A DNA stretch of 64,000 nt, taken from the NCBI GenBank assembly GCA_904063045.1, contig CAJFCJ010000003.1:1302001-1366000 (forward strand), given 5' to 3'. Each line of letters starts with the position of its first letter. Position 1 is the first letter of the stretch. The notes under the pieces are model-generated. The model saw only the letters and a list, made by a program, of their open reading frames with translations. It ran no database searches and had not been told where the DNA came from. Made by a program: the position numbers and the translations under genes. The stretch comes from Dimorphilus gyrociliatus (lineage: Eukaryota > Animalia > Annelida). Positions 56,383 to 64,000 of the stretch are shown here, in pieces.

Positions 56383-57847
56383 TCTTTCCTATTGATGTTT
56401 CTTTGTTACTCTTGGGGGAGACGATTGAAAAAGTTCCGCTTTCTTCACTTAAAACAACATAAACCAAGTACTTATCCTTTTTTTATTGGTATGTTTTTAT
56501 TCGAGAATGTTATATCTCAGACTACTGAGGTATATTGCAAAAAGAGGCAAAGTATCTACACACCTGTACTAAATCACCTCCATAATGCAGCGACTACGTA
56601 CATGCGCATCTTAGAGAATTTTACATCTAGGCCAAAAACCGTTGATTATTTAAAGAGTTTGTACTTTAAAAGCATCTATTTGCGGTTCAACAGATACAAT
56701 AATTATTTTCGATCGTTCTAATCCTAGAAATAATATCTTAAATTAAAGTAAAAGATGGTAATAGACCATAGAATAAAATATAGAATTACTTCATTTATTC
56801 ATGTGCCAGTGAAAGATAATCCACCACACATATATAGAAAGATTGTTGACATCCGATTTTCTTTCTATTTTTTAACTTTTTATAGATTCTTTAAACATAC
56901 CAAACACGCAAATTCGTCATAATTGCACCAAAAATAACGACATATCTTTAAATATAATAAAATCAAAAGATTTTTAAGGAGAGACAACGTCCCCTATCGG
57001 CGATCTATTTAGAAGAGAGAGAGAGAGAGTGAGAGAAGGGGAAGAAAGGAAGAGAAAGACATATATATATATAAAAGTAATGACATTTTTCTTTTTCTTT
57101 TTTTTTAAAAAAAAACAATAGAATTTAGAAATCTTTGAAAAGTAAAGTTTCATAATTATATGGGGAAATAACAAACTATTATAGAGAAGTTTTCACCTAA
57201 AACGCCGAAAGGAAAACCAAAGTTATTATTTACAAAAAAAAAACTATTTACTTACTTTCATTATTATTTTAAATAATATGTTGCTATAGTAACATATAAA
57301 GCAGAAATTTTATTATATAAAAAAATGCAAAATAGCAAAAAAAAAAAAACAAAACATACTTCAAACCTTTTTGAAACTGAAAAAGGACACAACTTTTAGT
57401 GCTTATATTAATAAAGACATTATTCTCGAAAATAGAAATTCCCTATCGTTTATTCAAATTAGATGGTGAGTATATATATATCTTATATATTTTATTCTAA
57501 TTTACATATTTATAGATAGTTTAAAGGAATAGAAATTACAGACTTTGCTTCATAAATTGCTGTTAGGTTTGTTAGCTTTTTTAAAACGTGTTTTAGTTTA
57601 CAGTCTCTCTTACAAGAGGATGGTTTTAACTAACTACGGATACTTTTTTTATTACATTTATTTAACTGTCTTTACATATCATTAATAAACCGAATTTCGA
57701 GTTCGTTCATTGTCTTACCTAGCACTCAGTATTTGAAAACGTAAGCACTACGTACAAAGAGGTACAGTTAATAAGCGAAAATACGAAATACATTATTTTA
57801 CTTGGTGTTTATTATACAATTTAAACAAATGACAACAAAATTTCACT

Positions 57848-60422
57848 TCAATATTGATCATTCTCCATTGAAATCTCTCTGTCTTCTCGGTCGTCTTTAT
57901 CCTCCCGATCATCTCTATCATCTCTATCATCCCGATCGTCTCTATCGTCCCTATCGTTTCGTCCCATTCTGTCATCCCTATCATCCCTATCATCCCTTTC
58001 ATCTCTATCATCCCTTTCATCTCTATCATCTCTATCATCTCTATCATCGCAATCATCGTGAACATCCCTTTCATCTCTGTAATCCCTGGCGTCCCTTCCA
58101 TCTCTACTATCTCTACTGTCTCTACGACTCCTTGCGTCTCTTATATCTCGACCGTCTCTCCCATCGCGGCCATCTCTTCCATCCCTTTTCTCCCTTCGGT
58201 CTCTTCTATCTCTCCCATAGTCATCAAAGTCATCTCTGTATCTATCATTTCTAAAACATTCGAAAAATAAACAAGTTATCAGAGATTAGATTTTAATTAT
58301 TTCTATTTAGAAAGCTTACCCTCTACCATTTGGAGAACTTGAATCCAAAAGAGATTTGTTTTTCTTGTCGCCCGCTGGTGAGTATGATGTAGATCTAGAC
58401 TTTCGTCTCCTCGGTGAGTACGATCGCGATCGTTGTCTTTAATAAAAACATATAAAATCTAAAATATTTCTTAGTATAAGGTAAGAACGTCGAGCTGGTA
58501 AGATAAACAAATATATATGCCGTCATTCTACTACTCCAGCTCACTTATGCAGTAGAAATATAGGGGGAAAGAAAAAAAGCCCAGTTATTGACTGACTACT
58601 ACAATTAGCTATCTTGCCAAATTCATATAATAATTCTTACCGGTGGGCAAACCATTATTGTAAGACATTTTTAACACAATAATCAACCACGCCAAAAGGA
58701 CCACTTTACCAATTGTTCACATATGCCTAATCATCAACCAGAGCAATGTGTTGGTCGCCGATATATTTTTACACAGATTTTAAGAAACAATAATTTAACA
58801 CCCTCCCAAAAGCACCAGAGAAACGCAAAACATGACTGATTGCTTTTCTAGCCATGGAGAGCAAATGCCTAGAAATATTAGTAAATATTATCAGAATAAT
58901 TTCAGTATTAAAAAAGAAAACTCAGTTTTCGAGAACATAACGCGCAAACGAGCTTAATCCCTGTTAACTAAAATGGCACTTCGAAAAGAAATGCTCTACC
59001 TTCGTTTTGAATCAACTTCATTCATATTATCACACTCTCGCGAGATGTGTCCAGTTTTTCCACATCGGTAACATGACATTTGCCGATTGCCTCTGTCTCC
59101 ATTTCCGTAGGACTTGTTTTCTTGTCTAAAACAAAAAATAAAAAATATTTTAGTAATGAGCATTAATGTTGAATATTTTCTTGATTTTCCCTAAAAGAAT
59201 GCATATGGTATTGATGAAACAATTACAACTTTTTATTCCAAATCAATACATACACACACACACATACCACAACGAACAACAAAATGAAAAGTTAGTCTTT
59301 AGTTAATGAAAGTTATGCTTATCATCCATCAACTTTGAAATTAACATTTACGTTTACCATAACCAACAAAAATTTCCAATCTTTCAACTAAACTTAAAGA
59401 TTAACCAAACGACTTCTGAAAAATGCCAATTATATATAAAATTTGTGTGCATTTGTTTAAAAAAAAAATACATTTTTGACCAAGCCCATCCATAAAGTGA
59501 ACTTAAAAAAATTAATCAACAAATTTATAAATAAAAACACGCATAGCATGTAATAAACGTGTTAGTATCTAAAATAACAATGCGGGTGTTATTCACTCTT
59601 CTACAAATATGTAAAAAAAGAGAAATTGATCAGTCACCTTCTATCTTTCCAAGTATCACGGTCTCTATCTCTGCCTCTGCTGTATCCCCCCTCGTTACGG
59701 GATTGATAATCGTCGCGATCTTCACAATCTCTTGCTATGTGTCCCGACCTTCCACATTTGTAGCATGAAAATGATCCATGTACTTTTCTTTCGTCTCTTT
59801 GTCTCTTTCGTGGACGGGCGATAGAAACGGAAATTTTAGATCCATTTAGAAAACTGTAACATGTGTTGCGAACATGAGAAACTAAATTCATGCAATTCAT
59901 TTTAATGGGAATGAAAAAAAGTGAAAAACATGTGAAAATGTTTTTTAAAAGAATCTCACTTTCCGTCCAATTCTCTGATAGCATCTTCAGCATCAAGCTT
60001 GTCCTCATAACTGACAATTGCGAACTGTGGGAACGTATTAGCCACAAATATATCTTTTATATAACCATATTTGCGGAAAGCGTCTTCTATTTCATCTTGA
60101 GTGGTCCTCTTAACTATATCTCCAACATGAACTCTGAAACCATCCTCGGATGGATCATCCTCCCAACGATTTGGTCGTCCTCGCTTTTCTCTGTATTGCC
60201 TTCTGTTCGAATTGAAGCTTCTGTCGTCATAATATGGACGCCCTTTTAAATAGAACACATTAAAATGTTAACAAAGGGAAGGAAAATTTTAAAAAAAATT
60301 GAATAACCTCTCTTCAGCTGCGGGCTAGGTGTTCTAGACTCAGTTGATCGAGACCTGGAATATTTTCTATGACGCTTAATAGAAGCCGAACGGGATCTAC
60401 TTTTGAAACGTCTATCCGCCAT
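57848..60422 (-). CDS. SR-family splicing factor related to SRSF3/SRSF7 (9G8/RBP1): RS-RRM-2xCCHC zinc knuckle-RS-(DDR)n tail; 6 exons, about 419 aa
   Basis: Exons 60422-60308, 60242-59960, 59853-59638, 59125-59000, 58436-58320 and 58250-57848 are phase-consistent, 1260 nt total. The RRM reads RVHVGDI...EIEDAFRKYG...FAIVSYEDKLDAEDAIRELDG, with knuckles CYKCGRSGHIARDC and CYRCGKTGHISREC and RS tracts KSRSRSAS and RSRSYSPRRR. Confidence 0.85.
57880..58240 (-). repeat. Coding degenerate 9-bp tandem repeat (GATGATAGA-like) encoding an RD/DDR mixed-charge tract
   Basis: The plus strand shows repeated CATCTCTAT/CATCCCTAT units. The only frame consistent with splicing reads DDRDDRDERDDR. Confidence 0.85.
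58641..58868 (-). other. Candidate poison (premature-stop) cassette exon in the SR gene
   Basis: Branch point TACTAAT followed by acceptor ATTTCTAG at 58869, and donor CCG|GTAAGA at 58640. The exon is 228 nt and has an in-frame TAA at 58771-58769. Confidence 0.55.
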
Positions 60423-61609
60423 TGCTGTGAAAAATATCTTTACAGTGAATAATGGTCGAATAAAGTGATTTAGATCATGATTTTCTTATGAAATGAGAAG
60501 CTAAAATGGTTGTTAGTATAATTACCGTGTGGACGAGAGCGAATTTGTCAAATTAGTAATGTTACAATAGTTGATTTGTATATCGACGATAAGCCCTCGA
60601 TATCGATATCGCCGTATTTCCGGTTCGATATTTCCGCTTTTAACAAGATCACTTCTTATCGATTAAAATTTTTTGGTTATTCGATTCGATTAATATTATT
60701 CTTATATATCATACAATATATTATTATTTCTGCAATTTAGCGTATTTTATTTAGTTTTCGAAACATTTGGCAATAGCAATAATGAACATTTAAGAGATAA
60801 AATTGTGAAAACTTAAGCGATCTGTGCTTGATAAGTCATAGGCGTCAAAAGTGTTTAGGAAATTTAAACCTCAATCGTTTCCGAATGACTCGATATTGAT
60901 CGCCCTTCGCAAACTTTGGTACCGATCAATTTAGATCTTTGTAGATGGCGTTAGTGTTGTCCAAAATATCTCCGTTGATTAGACTTATAGCGAATTTCAG
61001 TAAGATACAATAAATTTACATCATTACTGAAACTTTTATAATTATCAACTGAGTGGAGGTTTCATTTTTATTATTGGAAAAAGAACTTTCATCACAGTTC
61101 CTCCATTATTTCTTCAACTTTCTTAAATTTTCGGTGAGCTCTATATGTTTCGTTTATTTGAGTAGAAAGTTTTTTAAATTCTTCGTTATTAAATATTAAG
61201 TTTTCAGCATAAAATTCATCACTTTCTAGATGCAAAATCAATGCATTAAAAAAAAGTATTGTAAAAGGTTAAAAGTTTTCACGAGAGTTTTGTTTACACT
61301 GTTTATTTGGTTTTCCATACTAGATTTTCACTGATAGTGATGCATATAAAATAAGAGTATTTTATCTACATATTATTTCAGTATGGATATAATAAACAGC
61401 TACTACACACATACTTAATGATATAAATTTACTTTGCAACGTCAATTATTCAAATAAATGAATGATTTACGACCATTAAAGAGTAAAGAACAATGGAGTA
61501 CTTTATAAGAACAAAAACTGAGTGATCAGACTTATTATTTATACAGTATTACTAATGGAACAATATTTATCCTTTGTAATAATTTATCTTTCTTTTGAAT
61601 TCCATACAG
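60423..61609. promoter_or_regulatory. Divergent (bidirectional) promoter region between the SR gene and CSGALNACT
   Basis: Head-to-head genes with start codons about 1.2 kb apart. CpG-richer block with TATCGATA at 60601-60608 and TAGATGGCG at 60942-60950. A plus-strand donor TCG|GTGAGC at 61134 and acceptor CATACAG at 61609 suggest a CSGALNACT 5' UTR intron. Confidence 0.55.
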
Positions 61610-61628
61610 ATTATTCAGTAGAAATCCA

Positions 61629-63240
61629 ATGCGTTTCATTCTCAGGTTGTTCTTATTATGCATTCTTATGTCTTTGATGTCACTATTTTATCTCTTAAAC
61701 TTCCAAACGTCCACATTGAATCAGAATTTCTTAAGACCTTACGATTACGAGCAAATAATAGCTGAAAAAGAGGCTCGTATAAGGGAGCTAGAATACGAAT
61801 TGAATGACTTAAAGGAAAATAAAACCTCAAGGTCTAAAAGTTCTGAAATTGAAGATCTAATAACCAAAGTCCACTCGAGGTGGCGGAATGGATCTCTTTC
61901 TGGAGGCGGTTTAAAATTCCATAACGAATTTGAGATGAGTGCCTTTGCCAGATTCACATTGAATAGAATATATTTAATAGAACCCGGTCTGGGGAAGAGG
62001 GTGGTGGAAAAACCTATTGCGTTCAAGAAAAAAGATATCTTAGAAGTCGTATCAGGAGCCTGTAAAATTCTCAATAAAAAAAGAATGTCATCGGTAAAAC
62101 TCATGGAATAGACTAGCCAACATTAATTTATACAAAATTTAACAAAATCGTAGACCCTTTGTCTATCCAAGAGTTTTATCAGGGAAAAGAAAAAAGTCTT
62201 TATACAGATAAAATATTTTTAGAAGGTATTGTCAAGAATGAACCTTCTATTGGTGCCGTTTATGAACTATATTTTAGAAATCTTGAGTTTCCTACTGACA
62301 GGAATAAGTTTGTGCGAGTAACTTTATCCAGACCTTTTGCACCAGTTTATGGCTTGGGATACGCTCCAATTAATATTAATAATAAACTGCTTTTGGTAAT
62401 TTTACCACTATCCTATGAACGATTGGATAAATTTAAATCTTTTTTGGATCGTTTCCAAATGCTTGCTCTTGAAGATACAAAATTAGCGTTCACACTAGTC
62501 TATTTCGGAGAGAAAGGTAGCTTGGAGGCAAAATCTATGCTAAATAAGCTAAGGCAAAATCAGATCACAGCTAAATTTATCCACTTGAAAGAAACATTTT
62601 CTAGAGGGAGAGGATTACAAGCTGGTGTAGACGATTGGCAAAATGAAGATGTTATATTATTCTTTTGTGATGTTGATGTAATTTTTAATGCTGAGTTCTT
62701 ACAACGCTGCAGACTTAATGTTGAAAAGGGAAAACGTGTTTATTATCCCATGGTATTCTCGCTCTATAATCCTAAAGTAGTATACACTATGCACGGTTAT
62801 CATATCCCTAAGGAAGATAAACAGTTGGTTATTTCTAAAGATACTGGTTTTTGGAGGGATTTTGGATATGGAATGACGTGTCAGTATAAATCAGATTTCG
62901 AGAGTATTAGGGGTTTGTATTTCAGCTATATAGTAAACTATTTAATAACCAGTATAAATTTACAGGATTTGACCAAAAAGTATCCGGTTGGGGAAAAGAA
63001 GACGTATTGTTATTTAAAAAGTACGTTAAGTCTTCCTATGTTGTTTTGAGATCTCCTGATCAGGGAATTTTTCACCTTTGGCATCCAAAAGAATGCGACG
63101 GAAATCTTCCAATTGACCAATATAGATCATGCCTAAGTTCACGAGCTTTGAACGAAGCTTCGCACAGGCAACTAGGCATGTTAGCCTTCAAGGACGAGAT
63201 CAAAGTTCGTGAAAAATTGAAAGAGAATTCGAAGAGCTAA
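61629..63240 (+). CDS. CSGALNACT: Chondroitin sulfate N-acetylgalactosaminyltransferase (type II membrane glycosyltransferase); 3 coding exons, about 489 aa
   Basis: Exons 61629-62093, 62183-62912 and 62966-63240, 1470 nt total. N-terminal signal anchor and coiled-coil stem, then FSRGRGL, FFCDVD (DxD), VYYPMVFSLYNP, TGFWRDFGYGMTCQYKSDF, GWGKED, FHLWHPKEC and NEASHRQLGML, all recognisable CSGALNACT1/2 motifs. The first intron boundary is less certain than the second. Confidence 0.9.
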
Positions 63241-63617
63241 TACGCAAATCTGCAGGGTTTAATTTTTTATGATTATCTATTTTTCACATCCAAGTATTTC
63301 AAACTGATCACAGACTTTTCTAGCCATTTTATAAAACTTTTTCAATAAAAATTTTTGGTATCAAAGAGGAAAATTGCTGCAAACTCTATTTCCGATATTT
63401 AGTTTTCATCAAAACTTCCTTTGCAATCTTTTCGGACAAATGCTTCTCATTAAATAATTAAATAATTTACTTTAATTACATCAATCAAGTATATTTCGAG
63501 AGTGGTATTAAATTATTTTACTGTCTAACTTGCGAAATATCTACCAACGAAACAAAAATGTTAAAATTCCACTTAAGGATTACTTTCATCCGGTCCATAA
63601 TAAATAATTAATATAAT

Positions 63618-64000
63618 TTAGGCTAAGAGCGTTGCGAGAGTATCTAAAAATTTAGACCGATCTTCGGAACGAATGAGCACCACTGAAATATAAACCGGTG
63701 TAATATGTAATTTAAATTTTAATTTAAAAAACACTTACTATTCCTGTCAAACAACTTATTCAGAGGTTCAAATCCAATTACTTTTGATGCTTGATCGAAA
63801 GCAGAATGGATAACACTAGATTTTTTTAGTGGAATTGGTTTCTATATTGATAAGGAATGAAATTTAAGACTTACTTTTTACAAGATGTGTCATCATATGG
63901 TGGAATTCCGCAATAGTAATCTCCACTATTTAAGCAAGGAACACGCAGTATAAGGGGTAATTGACGAAATCTCTTATTCCGTGACTGAAAACTGTCTTGT
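63618..64000 (-). CDS. CDC45: CDC45 replication initiation factor, last three exons (partial; gene runs off the window)
   Basis: Exons >64000-63875, 63815-63739 and 63682-63618, with 59- and 56-nt introns and GTAAGT donors. They translate to RNKRFRQLPLILRVP...GIPP...KNVIHSAFDQAS...LFDRNMVLIRSEDRSKFLDTLATLLA*, matching the CDC45 C-terminus (LPL...GIPP...KN.F..AF..A...EDRSKFLDAL..LL). Confidence 0.85.

Noticed and set aside
55476-57470. Strong plus-strand donors (AAG|GTAAGC at 55476; ATG|GTGAGT near 57465)
   Set aside because: No partner acceptor, exon or ORF on the plus strand; cannot support an antisense gene.
57793-58270. ORF-track translations with His/Pro/Tyr or Met/Ile/Glu repeats
   Set aside because: Alternative frames or strand of the 9-bp repeat; the spliced frame encodes the DDR tract.
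1-64000. CRISPR arrays, rRNA, prokaryotic operons or defence systems
   Set aside because: The sequence is eukaryotic, with no repeat-spacer arrays or rRNA-like segments seen.

Overview
This is AT-rich eukaryotic (animal) genomic DNA with spliceosomal GT-AG introns. Many introns are only about 53-110 nt, which suggests a compact invertebrate genome; a lophotrochozoan/annelid source is my inference and is not provable here. I assembled the gene models by hand, checking splice phase and frame. The left part holds two tandem minus-strand rhodopsin-class peptide GPCRs of the FMRFamide-receptor-like type, both carrying NRY instead of DRY. About 21 kb with no recognisable coding exons follows. The right end is gene-dense: a 10-exon DEG/ENaC (ASIC-like) channel with a roughly 400-aa extra extracellular insert, a divergent FMN-dependent alpha-hydroxyacid oxidase, a small two-death-fold protein, an SRSF3/7-related SR protein with two zinc knuckles, an RD-repeat tail and a candidate poison exon, a chondroitin sulfate GalNAc transferase, and the 3' end of CDC45 (absent from the ORF track). 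Also present are microsatellites, at least one transposase relic, and recurring CGCCAYCT (CTCF/YY1-like) motifs near putative first exons. Most short ORFs in the supplied track are spurious.
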